Source of the DNA: Fusobacteriota bacterium
GTDB taxonomy: Bacteria > Fusobacteriota > Fusobacteriia > Fusobacteriales > JBNJFI01
Length of the DNA: 21,999 bases
NCBI GenBank assembly: GCA_051746725.1
Contig: JBNJFI010000028.1
Coordinates: forward strand, 1-21,999
Reading direction: 5' to 3'
The notes beneath the pieces were generated by a model. The model ran no database searches, was not told where the DNA came from, and was given only the letters and a program-made list of their open reading frames with translations. The position numbers and the translations under genes were made by a program. Below are positions 7,900 to 16,334 of the stretch, piece by piece. Positions within the stretch are counted from its first letter, which is position 1, and each line of letters starts with the position of its first letter.

Positions 7900-9179
7900 T
7901 GAATCATAAAATTTTAGATTCAAATAATGTTAAAAAATATAAAAAAGATCTTAAACTTCTAGATCCAGGTTTTTTAGTCTTAGATGATGGAACATATATA
8001 CTTCTTTTTGAAAATGATACCCTATTAGGTTATGCTCTTTTGAACAAAGATACTTTGGTAAGAGTTTTTGTCAAAAAAAATGAGAGGTTTCATAGTGTAG
8101 GAACTAAAATTGTAAAACGAGTTTTAAATTATATTGGAGAACAAGGATATAATACATTAAAAATAGAAAACGAATTAGATGATGGTTCTCAATACTTTTT
8201 TGAAAGAGTCGGTGCTAGAGAAAAAAATGGTAAATTACAGTTTAATAATCTTCTGGAAAATCAACAGAGGAAAAAAGAGGGGATTTTTAGTACTATTGTT
8301 TCTGTGGTTGTAAATTTATTTCTAGGTATATTCAAAGTTATATTTGGAATAATGGGACGTAGTAATGGTTTAATAGCAGATGGTTTACATTCATTTTCTG
8401 ATGTTATAACTTCAATAGTAGTTTTTGTAAGTATTCTTATTTCAAATAAACCTTCAGATAAAGATCATCCCCATGGACATGGGAAGTCTGAATCCATAGC
8501 AGGAAATATTATAGGTGTTGTATTAATAATAACAGGATTTGAATTGATTACAAAAAATATAGTTTTATTATATCAAGGTTCTGAAATTGATATTCCAAAA
8601 ATTATTGCAATTTATGCTGTTATAATATCAATAATTATAAAGTTTATTTTGTATAAATATAAATATAGAATTGCAAAAAAGCTTGATAATGACGCTATTT
8701 TGGCAGATGCTAAGGATCATATAGCAGATGTATTTTCATCTATAGGTGTTTTGGTTGGTTTAGGAATGGCCATAACTATTTCACCAGTTTTTGATATAAT
8801 AACTGGTATTGTAGTTGGACTCATAATAGGTAAAGAGGGATTTGAAATATTATCTCATACTTCAAAAAAGTTAATGGATGAACAGAATTTAGATTTCATT
8901 AAAGATATTGAGGAGATGGTTTTAGAAGATGATGAAGTTTTAAATGTTCATGATATTAGAATGAAATATTCTGCTAATCTTATATTTATAGCTTTTCATA
9001 TGAGGGTAAAAAGAGAGATGACTGTTTCTGAATCTCACCTCATAGTTGATAGGATAATGAGAAAAATAAAAGATAAATATAAAAATGTTGAAGATATAAC
9101 GATTCATGTTGATCCATGTAGATCTAAAAAAGACAATGAATGTAGAGAAGAAGAAGTCAAGCTTACGAATATAAATTAA
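7899..9179 (+). CDS. Cation diffusion facilitator (CDF) transporter with N-terminal GNAT-like domain
   Basis: CDF motifs LIADGLHSFSD, DKDHPHGHGKSE, ADAKDHIADVFSS and C-terminal ESH...TIHVDP. The first ~120 aa resemble GNAT motifs A and B. Start overlaps the bioA stop (TAATG). Confidence 0.85.
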   Translation: MNHKILDSNNVKKYKKDLKLLDPGFLVLDDGTYILLFENDTLLGYALLNKDTLVRVFVKKNERFHSVGTKIVKRVLNYIGEQGYNTLKIENELDDGSQYFFERVGAREKNGKLQFNNLLENQQRKKEGIFSTIVSVVVNLFLGIFKVIFGIMGRSNGLIADGLHSFSDVITSIVVFVSILISNKPSDKDHPHGHGKSESIAGNIIGVVLIITGFELITKNIVLLYQGSEIDIPKIIAIYAVIISIIIKFILYKYKYRIAKKLDNDAILADAKDHIADVFSSIGVLVGLGMAITISPVFDIITGIVVGLIIGKEGFEILSHTSKKLMDEQNLDFIKDIEEMVLEDDEVLNVHDIRMKYSANLIFIAFHMRVKREMTVSESHLIVDRIMRKIKDKYKNVEDITIHVDPCRSKKDNECREEEVKLTNIN

Positions 9180-9188
9180 ATTAAGAAT

Positions 9189-9223
9189 AAAAAAGTATCT
9201 ATTAAATAAATAGGTACTTTTTT
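9189..9223 (+). terminator. Rho-independent terminator
   Basis: AAAAAAGTATCTATT-aaata-AATAGGTACTTTTTT hairpin (one G-U pair) ending in a T tract, just after the CDF gene. Confidence 0.7.
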
Positions 9224-9249
9224 AAATTGTAAAAATATAGGAGGATTAA

Positions 9250-10092
9250 ATGAAAAGATTAGGAGCGCATGTTAGTGCATCTGGTGGAGTTAGTAATGCT
9301 CCGTTAAATGCAAAAAAAATAGACGCTAAGGCATTTGCCTTATTTACTAAAAATCAAAGAAGATGGAAATCAAAACCCTTAACTGAAAAAGAAATCAAAA
9401 AATTCAAAACAAATCTAAAAGAAAATGATTTTGATCCAAAATATATAATGCCCCATGATAGTTATCTAATAAACCTAGGTAATCCCGATGAATTAAAAAG
9501 AGAGAAATCTTTAAATGCTTTAATTGACGAGATTAATAGGGCTGATCAATTAGGTTTAAAATTACTTAATATACATCCAGGAAACCATCTTAAGAAAATA
9601 AGCGAAGAGCAATGCTTAGATTATATATCAGATAATATTAATATAGCTTTAGAAAAAACTAAAAATGTAACAATAGTAGTGGAAAACGTATCTGGTCAGG
9701 GAACGAGTGTGGGATATAATTTTGAACACATTAGAAGAATAATAAATAATGTCAAGAATAAAGATAGAATAGGTGTTTGTCTTGATACTTGTCATATGTT
9801 CGGAGCTGGTTATGATATAAGAACAAAAGAAAGTTATGAGAAAGTTATGACTGAATTCGATGATATAATCGGATTTGAATATCTTAGAGGGATGCATTTA
9901 AATGATTCTAAGAAAAAGTTAGGGAGCAAAAAAGATAGACATCACAGTATTGGTAAAGGTTTGATAGGTGAAGATGCATTTAAATTTATAATGAATGATC
10001 CAAGAATCGATGATTTACCACTGATTCTTGAAACCATAGATAGCAGCATTTGGAAAGAAGAGATAAAAAAATTATATAGTTTTGTAAAATAA
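9250..10092 (+). CDS. nfo: Endonuclease IV (AP endonuclease)
   Basis: [59 protein letters not shown] and ILETI zinc-ligand motifs. Confidence 0.97.
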   Translation: MKRLGAHVSASGGVSNAPLNAKKIDAKAFALFTKNQRRWKSKPLTEKEIKKFKTNLKENDFDPKYIMPHDSYLINLGNPDELKREKSLNALIDEINRADQLGLKLLNIHPGNHLKKISEEQCLDYISDNINIALEKTKNVTIVVENVSGQGTSVGYNFEHIRRIINNVKNKDRIGVCLDTCHMFGAGYDIRTKESYEKVMTEFDDIIGFEYLRGMHLNDSKKKLGSKKDRHHSIGKGLIGEDAFKFIMNDPRIDDLPLILETIDSSIWKEEIKKLYSFVK

Positions 10093-10093
10093 T

Positions 10094-10135
10094 AAAAATA
10101 CCCAGCTTAGGAGTTTATCTAAGTTGGGTATTTTT
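10094..10135. terminator. Bidirectional Rho-independent terminator between convergent nfo and mscS
   Basis: AAAAATACCCAGCTTAG-gagtttat-CTAAGTTGGGTATTTTT, a 17-bp stem with A/T tails on both sides. Confidence 0.85.
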
Positions 10136-10152
10136 CTATATAAAATTTAAAA

Positions 10153-10974
10153 TTAAAATGTTTCTATTTCTTTTTTGATGATATCGTGATATTTCATATG
10201 AGGATATATATTATTATCTTGTAAACTTCTATATATTAAATTTCTCAATTTATTTTCAGCTCTCCAAAGATTTTTTCCTGGCTTTAAAGAACCTGCAATC
10301 ATGCATTGAACTCCCTCTCGATCCATGTTCGAAATATAAAAAAAGGGTTTCACAGATTTCAAGAAAAAGTCACTTTCTAAAACAGATTTATTTGCTATTT
10401 CTTCGACTAAATCCATATCAGCTTTGTAATCAACCCAAAATAAAACGCTAATAAGTTGATTTTTCTTAAGAGAATAATTACAAAATTCCTTACTTAACAT
10501 TTTTGAATTGCTTACAATATATAATCTTAAGTTCCATTTTTTAATAACAGTATGGGTTAGTTTAATATCTTCAATAGTACCGAATTGATCATCTATAGAT
10601 ATCATATCTCCAATTCTAAGCAATTGACTAAACGATATAACTATTCCACTTATAAGATTTTCAACAAAGGGTCTAGCTGCTATTCCAAAGATAATCGTGA
10701 CAGCAGATATTAGCAATGAAATGACCATAGATGGGAGTTCTCCTAGGTAAGGCATTGTGGCTAATAAAATTACAATACATATTAATATAAAGAAAATTAT
10801 ATTTTTTATTATTGTAAACCTATATTCTAACTTGAGTTTTCTCTTTTTTGCCTGTTCCATTCCCTTTCTTTTTTGCAACTTAAGCTTTTTGGCTCTTTTT
10901 ATCAAAAAATTGACAAGTAAAAAGATAACTGAAAAACCGAAAAACAAAATACCAGTATAAATATAATAGTTCAT
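10153..10974 (-). CDS. Small-conductance mechanosensitive channel (MscS family)
   Basis: Three TM segments, GIAARPFVENLISGIVI (TM3) and LRIGDMISIDDQFGTIEDIKLTHTVI beta-domain. ATG at 10974 preferred over 10992 because AAGGAG lies at 10985-10980 on the minus strand. Confidence 0.88.
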   Translation of the reverse strand: MNYYIYTGILFFGFSVIFLLVNFLIKRAKKLKLQKRKGMEQAKKRKLKLEYRFTIIKNIIFFILICIVILLATMPYLGELPSMVISLLISAVTIIFGIAARPFVENLISGIVISFSQLLRIGDMISIDDQFGTIEDIKLTHTVIKKWNLRLYIVSNSKMLSKEFCNYSLKKNQLISVLFWVDYKADMDLVEEIANKSVLESDFFLKSVKPFFYISNMDREGVQCMIAGSLKPGKNLWRAENKLRNLIYRSLQDNNIYPHMKYHDIIKKEIETF

Positions 10975-11071
10975 AAAAACTCCTTTCAACACTTATTTTT
11001 ATTTATTATTGTAATCTTAAAAAAATAATAACATATTTATGAAAAAAAATAAAGAAAAAGCAAAAAATTAT

Positions 11072-11100
11072 TTGATTTTTAGTTAAAAAAGTAGTAGAAT
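11072..11100 (+). promoter_or_regulatory. Putative sigma70 promoter of the mraZ operon
   Basis: TTGATT (11072-11077), 17-bp spacer, TAGAAT (11095-11100), directly upstream of the MraZ repeats. Confidence 0.6.
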
Positions 11101-11108
11101 AGAATAAG

Positions 11109-11138
11109 ATGGTAGAAAGTGGTAGAGAGTGGTAAGAA
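11109..11138 (+). promoter_or_regulatory. MraZ-binding direct repeats (dcw box)
   Basis: ATGGTAGAAA-GTGGTAGAGA-GTGGTAAGAA: three RTGGTA units at exact 10-bp period upstream of mraZ, the arrangement known for MraZ autoregulatory sites. Confidence 0.8.
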
Positions 11139-11151
11139 AAGGGTGATAATT

Positions 11152-11580
11152 ATGTTTATGGGAGAGTACAACCACAAAGTGGATAGTAAAGGCCGAGTTA
11201 TGTTGCCCGCTAAGTTTCGAGAGAAGCTTGAAGAGGGGGAGTTTGTACTTACTCGAGGTTTAGATAATTGTCTCTTTCTATACCCTATGGATGAATGGGC
11301 TGACCTTGAAAATAAAATAAAAGAGTTACCACTTACCAAAAAAGATGTTAGGTCATTTGTAAGATTTCTATTTTCAGGAGCTTTAGATGGAAGCTTAGAT
11401 AAACAAGGAAGATTAAAACTACCTAATAATCTTTTTGAATATGCTAAAATAAAAAAAGAAGTTGTTATAACAGGAGCATTAAATAGAATTGAAATATGGA
11501 GCAAAGATAAATGGGAAGATTATATTGAAAACGCTGAAAACACATTTGAAGATATAGCCGAAAATCTGATAGACTTATAA
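11152..11580 (+). CDS. mraZ: Transcriptional regulator MraZ
   Basis: [34 protein letters not shown] and IEIWS. The true start is ATG 11152; the ORF-track start 11119 lies inside the operator repeats. Confidence 0.97.
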   Translation: MFMGEYNHKVDSKGRVMLPAKFREKLEEGEFVLTRGLDNCLFLYPMDEWADLENKIKELPLTKKDVRSFVRFLFSGALDGSLDKQGRLKLPNNLFEYAKIKKEVVITGALNRIEIWSKDKWEDYIENAENTFEDIAENLIDL

Positions 11581-11592
11581 GGGGAGTAAAAT

Positions 11593-12516
11593 ATGTCTGA
11601 ATATCATGTACCAGTATTATATAAAGAAGTTTTAGAAAATTTAATTATAAATCCTGATGGAATTTATGTTGATTGTACATTGGGGGGCGGTGGGCATTCT
11701 GAAGGTATTTTGAAAAAATTATCTGATAAAGGCCAATTGATAGCATTGGATCAAGACGAAGATGCGATAAAATTCGCTCAAAAAAGGTTAGAAGAGTATG
11801 GAGATAAAGTAAAGATATATAAAGAAAATTTTAGAAATTTAGAAGCTGCCTTATATTTAGCAAAAGTTGATAAAGTTGATGGTATATTAATGGATATAGG
11901 AGTTTCATCGGAACAATTAGATAATCCAGAAAGAGGTTTTTCTTATAGATATGATGCTTTTTTGGATATGAGAATGGACCAAAACCAAAATTTAACTGCA
12001 TATAGAGTAATTAATGAATATCCAGAAAAAAGATTATCTGATATCATATATAAATATGGAGAAGAAAGAAAAGCGAGACAAATTGCAAACTTAATCGTTA
12101 AAACTCGTAAAGAAAAAGAGATAAAGACAACCTTTGAATTAGTTGATATTATCAAAAAAGTTGTTAAGGGACAAAACAAACACCCGGCTAAGAGAACTTT
12201 TCAAGCAATTAGAATAGAAGTTAATAAAGAACTAGAAGTATTAAGGGAGAGCATTTATACAAATATAAATTTACTCAAAAAAGGTGGAAGATTAGGGATT
12301 ATAACATTTCATTCATTAGAAGACCGATTAGTTAAAAATACTTTTAAAGAATTAGCAAAGTCTTGTGTTTGTCCACCTAAGTTTCCTAAATGCGTTTGTG
12401 GTAAAGAGCAACAAGTAAAGATAATAACGAGAAAACCGATAATTGCTACTAAAGAAGAAGTTAAAGATAATAGAAGAGCAAAACCTTCTAAATTCAGAAT
12501 AGTAGAAAGGGTTTGA
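11593..12516 (+). CDS. rsmH: 16S rRNA m4C1402 methyltransferase RsmH (MraW)
   Basis: HVPVL, DCTLGGGGHS, DIGVSSEQLD, RGFSY, LDMRM, RTFQAIRIEVN and FHSLEDRLVK. Confidence 0.97.
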   Translation: MSEYHVPVLYKEVLENLIINPDGIYVDCTLGGGGHSEGILKKLSDKGQLIALDQDEDAIKFAQKRLEEYGDKVKIYKENFRNLEAALYLAKVDKVDGILMDIGVSSEQLDNPERGFSYRYDAFLDMRMDQNQNLTAYRVINEYPEKRLSDIIYKYGEERKARQIANLIVKTRKEKEIKTTFELVDIIKKVVKGQNKHPAKRTFQAIRIEVNKELEVLRESIYTNINLLKKGGRLGIITFHSLEDRLVKNTFKELAKSCVCPPKFPKCVCGKEQQVKIITRKPIIATKEEVKDNRRAKPSKFRIVERV

Positions 12517-12520
12517 TAAT

Positions 12521-12883
12521 ATGAGATCAAATTTAGCCTATAAAATACGAAATGAAGAAGATATAAAAAAACGAAATGAATTAGAAAAAATCAGAATTAG
12601 AGAAGATATAAATAGCGACAAAAAAGTTTATGCTACTTTTGCATTATATGGAATCATAATATTATCAGTGGCATATATCTACGTAAATTCAATTATAAAA
12701 AAGACAAATTCAAATATAAAATTAAAAGAGAAAACTCAAAATGAGAAAGTATTATTAAATCAAGTAAAAGAATTAGAATCTAATTATAATGTAGCAATCA
12801 ACTTAGATAAAGTCGAAGAAATAAGCAAAAAAGAACTTAAAATGAAGATTGCAGATGAAATCAGATATATAAAATTAAAGTGA
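12521..12883 (+). CDS. ftsL: Cell division protein FtsL-like
   Basis: Follows mraZ-rsmH; N-terminal SNLAYK, single TM, periplasmic coiled coil and LDKVEEISKKELKM motif. Confidence 0.72.
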   Translation: MRSNLAYKIRNEEDIKKRNELEKIRIREDINSDKKVYATFALYGIIILSVAYIYVNSIIKKTNSNIKLKEKTQNEKVLLNQVKELESNYNVAINLDKVEEISKKELKMKIADEIRYIKLK

Positions 12884-13118
12884 TTGCAGAAGTTTCTGCA
12901 TACGTAAAAAAGTGAATATTATAACTATACCTTATTGGTGGAATATCTTATCCAACTAAAAAACTTTTTTGGAATTTTGCATGATCTGTAACTAAGTTTT
13001 TCAAGTAGAACTTTGTAAAAAAATATACAAGTAGAATTATTAAGCTAAGATATTATTATATTCTGATATTAATAAACTTCCAGATAAAGAAAAAAGTAAG
13101 AAGATCTAAAAAATTCAA

Positions 13119-13164
13119 TTGACAAAAGATCTTACCTATGGTATACTTTGAATATCAAAGTATA
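13119..13164 (+). promoter_or_regulatory. sigma70 promoter of feoA1 with overlapping palindromic operator
   Basis: TTGACA (13119-13124), 17 bp, TGnTATACT (13142-13147); perfect 10-3-10 inverted repeat TATACTTTGA-ATA-TCAAAGTATA (13142-13164). Confidence 0.85.
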
Positions 13165-13178
13165 AGGAGGTTTTAAAT

Positions 13179-13493
13179 ATGAATTATTTAAATGAGCTAA
13201 AACCTGGGCAGAAAGCTGTGATTACAAATATAGAAAAAACAACATCTGCTAGAAAAAAGATAAAGGAGTTAGGAATTCATGAGGGTAAAGAAGTAATTAT
13301 GAGAAGAAATGCTCCCCTTGGGGACCCTATGCACATATACCTGCACGGAAATAATATATCAATTAGAAAAAGTGAGGCTAGGTATATTCAAATAGAGAAT
13401 ATAGAAGATTTAAGCTGCAATTATAACAAAAATGGAAAAAAGCGAAGGCGTGGAATTGGAAAATTTTTTAAGAGAAAAAATAAAATAAACTAA
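13179..13493 (+). CDS. feoA: Ferrous iron transport protein A (copy 1) with basic C-terminal tail
   Basis: TAAGGAGG RBS; LNELKPGQ, ELGIHEG, APLGDP and ISIRKSEA SH3-like FeoA motifs. Confidence 0.9.
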   Translation: MNYLNELKPGQKAVITNIEKTTSARKKIKELGIHEGKEVIMRRNAPLGDPMHIYLHGNNISIRKSEARYIQIENIEDLSCNYNKNGKKRRRGIGKFFKRKNKIN

Positions 13494-13501
13494 CATAAAA
13501 C

Positions 13502-13587
13502 TTGACAATTTACATAAAGAATGATATACTTGGATCATCAAAGCAAAATAAGTATTTTTTTAAGTAATAACTTTGATAATCAAAGTT
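13502..13587 (+). promoter_or_regulatory. sigma70 promoter of feoA2-feoB1 with two operator copies
   Basis: TTGACA (13502-13507), 17 bp, TGnTATACT (13525-13530); CTTGGA-TCA-TCAAAG (13529-13543) and AACTTTGA-TAA-TCAAAGTT (13569-13587). Confidence 0.85.
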
Positions 13588-13622
13588 TGGTATTCAAATA
13601 AAATAAAAGAGGAGTGATTAAT

Positions 13623-13844
13623 ATGTTAATGACAGATTTAAAAATAGGACAAACAGGAAAAATATTAAGAATTGGAGAGGTTGGAGAATTAAAGAGAAGA
13701 CTTATGGATATGGGAGCTACCAAAGGTGAGCATATAAAAGTTGAAAGAGTTGCTCCAATGGGAGATCCTTATCAAATAGTTGTAAAAGGAACAAGTATAG
13801 CAATTAGAAAATCGGCAGCACAGAATATTGAAATAAGAGTATAA
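13623..13844 (+). CDS. feoA: Ferrous iron transport protein A (copy 2)
   Basis: DLKIGQTG, KRRLMDMG, VAPMGDP and IAIRKSAA; ATG 13623 lies 8 nt after AGGAG. Confidence 0.93.
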   Translation: MLMTDLKIGQTGKILRIGEVGELKRRLMDMGATKGEHIKVERVAPMGDPYQIVVKGTSIAIRKSAAQNIEIRV

Positions 13845-13856
13845 TGGAGGGGTATA

Positions 13857-16055
13857 ATGTTGAAAATAGCTTTTGCAGGTAATCCAAATGTTGGAAAAAC
13901 TGCATTAATAAATAAAATAGCAGGAACGAAGCTTAAGGTAGGGAATTGGCCTGGTGTAACTATTGAAAAAAAGGAAGCAATCTTTGAATATAATAAAGAA
14001 AAGATAAAAATCATAGATCTTCCAGGCGTTTATAGCCTTAGCCCATATTCAATGGAAGAGATTATAACAAGGGATTTTATCTTAGAAGAAGATCCAGATG
14101 TGATTATAAATGTTGTTGATTCAACAAATTTATCTAGAAATTTATATTTAACATTGCTTTTAAAAGAATTAGGGAAACCAATGGTATTAGCTTTGAATTT
14201 TTCAGATGAATTTGAAAAACTAGATTATGAATTGGATAAAGACTTATTAGAAGATTTGTTGGATATTAAAGCTGTTGAAACAAACGGGCTAAAAGGAAAA
14301 GGGATCGAAGAATTATTGGATAATTCCATTGATATTTCGAAAAAGTCAAATTCAAAAGGACATATAGATTATAATCTTTCTTTTGATAAGACTTTAGAAG
14401 ATGAGATAAAAAATGTGATTAGTAAAATTGAAAATGATAAAGAAATAGGGAATATTTTTTTTAAATATCCAAAGGATTTTGTTGCCATTAAACTTTTAGA
14501 AGAAGATGAGCACTTTTTTGAGAAAATATCAGAAAAAGTTAATTTAGATGAAATAAAAAAAATAACAGAAGAAAGCAAAAAAAATATAAAACAAAGATTT
14601 AATGAAAAGCCAGAAAATGCATTTACTGAAGCTAGGTATGGTGCAATTAATGGAATTTTAGCTAGATCTTTAAAACAATCAAAAAAGTCAAGGCTGGAAT
14701 TTACTCAAAAAGTTGATAAAGTTCTTTTGAACCGGTTTTTTGGACCCGTTATATTTATAGGGATAATGTTTGCACTTCTAAGTCTTACTTTTAATGGATC
14801 TGCTCCTTATATAGATTGGGTTGATGGATTTATAGCAGATTATTTTGGTAAATACATTGGCGTGGCCATAGAAGGGGTTCCACAATGGTTAGATGCCTTT
14901 ATAATGGATGGTATAATTGGAGGTTTAGGTGGAGTTTTAGTTTTCGTCCCATTAATGTTGTTTTTATATTTCTTTATGGCTATACTTGAAGAAAGTGGTT
15001 ATATGGCGAGGGTAGCTTTTTTGATGGATAAAATAATGCGTAGTGTTGGATTAAGCGGAAAAGCTTTTTTGCCAATGATGCTTGGTTTTGGTTGCACAGT
15101 TCCAGCTATTTATGCAACGAGAACTTTAGAAGATGAAAACTCGAGAAAACTCACAGCAATTATGACCCCAATGATGTCATGTGGAGCCAGATTGCCAGTT
15201 TATGCACTCTTTACAGCAGCCTTTTTTGGTAAAAATGCTGGTCTAATAGTTTTGAGCATCTATTTAGTAGGGATTATAATTGCTGCAATGGTAGGATTAA
15301 TAATGAAAAGATATGCTTATTTCAAACCTAAAGAAAAAGAACTTTTAATAGAATTACCACCATATAGAATGCCAGCAATTGGAATGGTTTTTAACTCGAT
15401 GTTCGAGAAAACTTGGGGGTATATCAAAAAAGCAGGGACAGTTATTTTAGGAGTGTTAATAATTTTATGGGTATTAATGTATTTCCCAAATCAAGGAGAT
15501 GTAGAAAAATCATTTGTTGGATATGCAGGTAGAGCAGTTCAACCAATATTTGAACCCACTGGATTTGGAGATAGATGGGAAATAGTTGCTTCAATACCAC
15601 CTAGTTTAGTGGCTAAAGAAGTAGTAGTTGGATTTTTAGGGCAAGTATTGGGAACAGTCGAAGAGGAAGAAGAAATTTCAGAAAGTAAATTTAAAGAGGA
15701 TACAGTAAACCAAATAATTAATTTTAAAGATGCAACAGTAGATTCCGTAAAAGCTATGTTTTCATTTGATGTAGCTGGTCTATTTGCACCTCCTTCTGCA
15801 GAAGAAGTTGAAGAAGAAGGTGGAAAAGGAATAATTCAGAATATGAAAAATCTGTGGGGAGATGAAAAGGAGGGACCTATAAAGGCATATTCATTCATGT
15901 TATTTATACTTTTGGTCATACCATGCGTTGTTACTCTAGGAGCATTAAAACAGGAATTTGGGTATAAGATGGTTGGTATAACTTTAATTGTATATTCTGT
16001 AGTTCCTTATGTGATATCAGTTTTATTTTATCAAACAGCTAGACTGTTTATTTAG
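13857..16055 (+). CDS. feoB: Ferrous iron transport protein B (copy 1)
   Basis: G1 GNPNVGKT, GNWPGVT, G3 DLPG, LEESGYMARVAF, GFGCTVPA, MSCGARLPVY, ELPPYRMP and PCV. Confidence 0.97.
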   Translation: MLKIAFAGNPNVGKTALINKIAGTKLKVGNWPGVTIEKKEAIFEYNKEKIKIIDLPGVYSLSPYSMEEIITRDFILEEDPDVIINVVDSTNLSRNLYLTLLLKELGKPMVLALNFSDEFEKLDYELDKDLLEDLLDIKAVETNGLKGKGIEELLDNSIDISKKSNSKGHIDYNLSFDKTLEDEIKNVISKIENDKEIGNIFFKYPKDFVAIKLLEEDEHFFEKISEKVNLDEIKKITEESKKNIKQRFNEKPENAFTEARYGAINGILARSLKQSKKSRLEFTQKVDKVLLNRFFGPVIFIGIMFALLSLTFNGSAPYIDWVDGFIADYFGKYIGVAIEGVPQWLDAFIMDGIIGGLGGVLVFVPLMLFLYFFMAILEESGYMARVAFLMDKIMRSVGLSGKAFLPMMLGFGCTVPAIYATRTLEDENSRKLTAIMTPMMSCGARLPVYALFTAAFFGKNAGLIVLSIYLVGIIIAAMVGLIMKRYAYFKPKEKELLIELPPYRMPAIGMVFNSMFEKTWGYIKKAGTVILGVLIILWVLMYFPNQGDVEKSFVGYAGRAVQPIFEPTGFGDRWEIVASIPPSLVAKEVVVGFLGQVLGTVEEEEEISESKFKEDTVNQIINFKDATVDSVKAMFSFDVAGLFAPPSAEEVEEEGGKGIIQNMKNLWGDEKEGPIKAYSFMLFILLVIPCVVTLGALKQEFGYKMVGITLIVYSVVPYVISVLFYQTARLFI

Positions 16056-16067
16056 GAGGAAAGAGAT

Positions 16068-16217
16068 ATGAAAACAATAATAATATTACTTATATTAGCT
16101 TTTCCAGTTTATTTTGCTCTCAAAAAAGTTTATGAAGTTTTAACAGGACAGGATTCACCATGCTCGTGTGATTCCGACACATGTTCCGACGGAAGTTGTC
16201 CTTTGGCTAAAAAATAA
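16068..16217 (+). CDS. FeoB-associated Cys-rich small membrane protein (49 aa; absent from ORF track)
   Basis: AGGAGG RBS overlapping the feoB1 stop; translates as MKTIIILLILAFPVYFALKKVYEVLTGQDSPCSCDSDTCSDGSCPLAKK (TM plus 4 Cys). Confidence 0.85.
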   Translation: MKTIIILLILAFPVYFALKKVYEVLTGQDSPCSCDSDTCSDGSCPLAKK

Positions 16218-16221
16218 TAAG

Positions 16222-16255
16222 AAAAGTCGGATTATTCAAATAATCCGACTTTTTT
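16222..16255 (+). terminator. Rho-independent terminator of the feoA2-feoB1 unit
   Basis: AAAAGTCGGATTAT-tcaa-ATAATCCGACTTTT perfect stem followed by further T's. Confidence 0.9.
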
Positions 16256-16334
16256 CATATTTTATACCACTTAATTTTTTAATATTAATTAGTCAGATTA
16301 AAAAAGTGAAAAGCTATTTTGACATACAAATTTC

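Noticed and set aside
13002..13040. Minus-strand AATTCTACTTGTA resembling the end of a Cas12a repeat, with its TTCTACTTG core present twice
   Set aside because: Only 9 bp repeated at a 26-bp period, the stem is incomplete and there are no cas genes; not a CRISPR array.
13142..13164. Reading the feoA1 palindrome as a terminator, or as a canonical FNR/Fur/Rex box
   Set aside because: It overlaps a -10 element and has no U tract; spacing and flanks do not match the FNR, Rex or classical Fur consensus.
16319..16324. Extra TTGACA upstream of the feoB2 promoter
   Set aside because: No plausible -10 element at 16-18 bp spacing.
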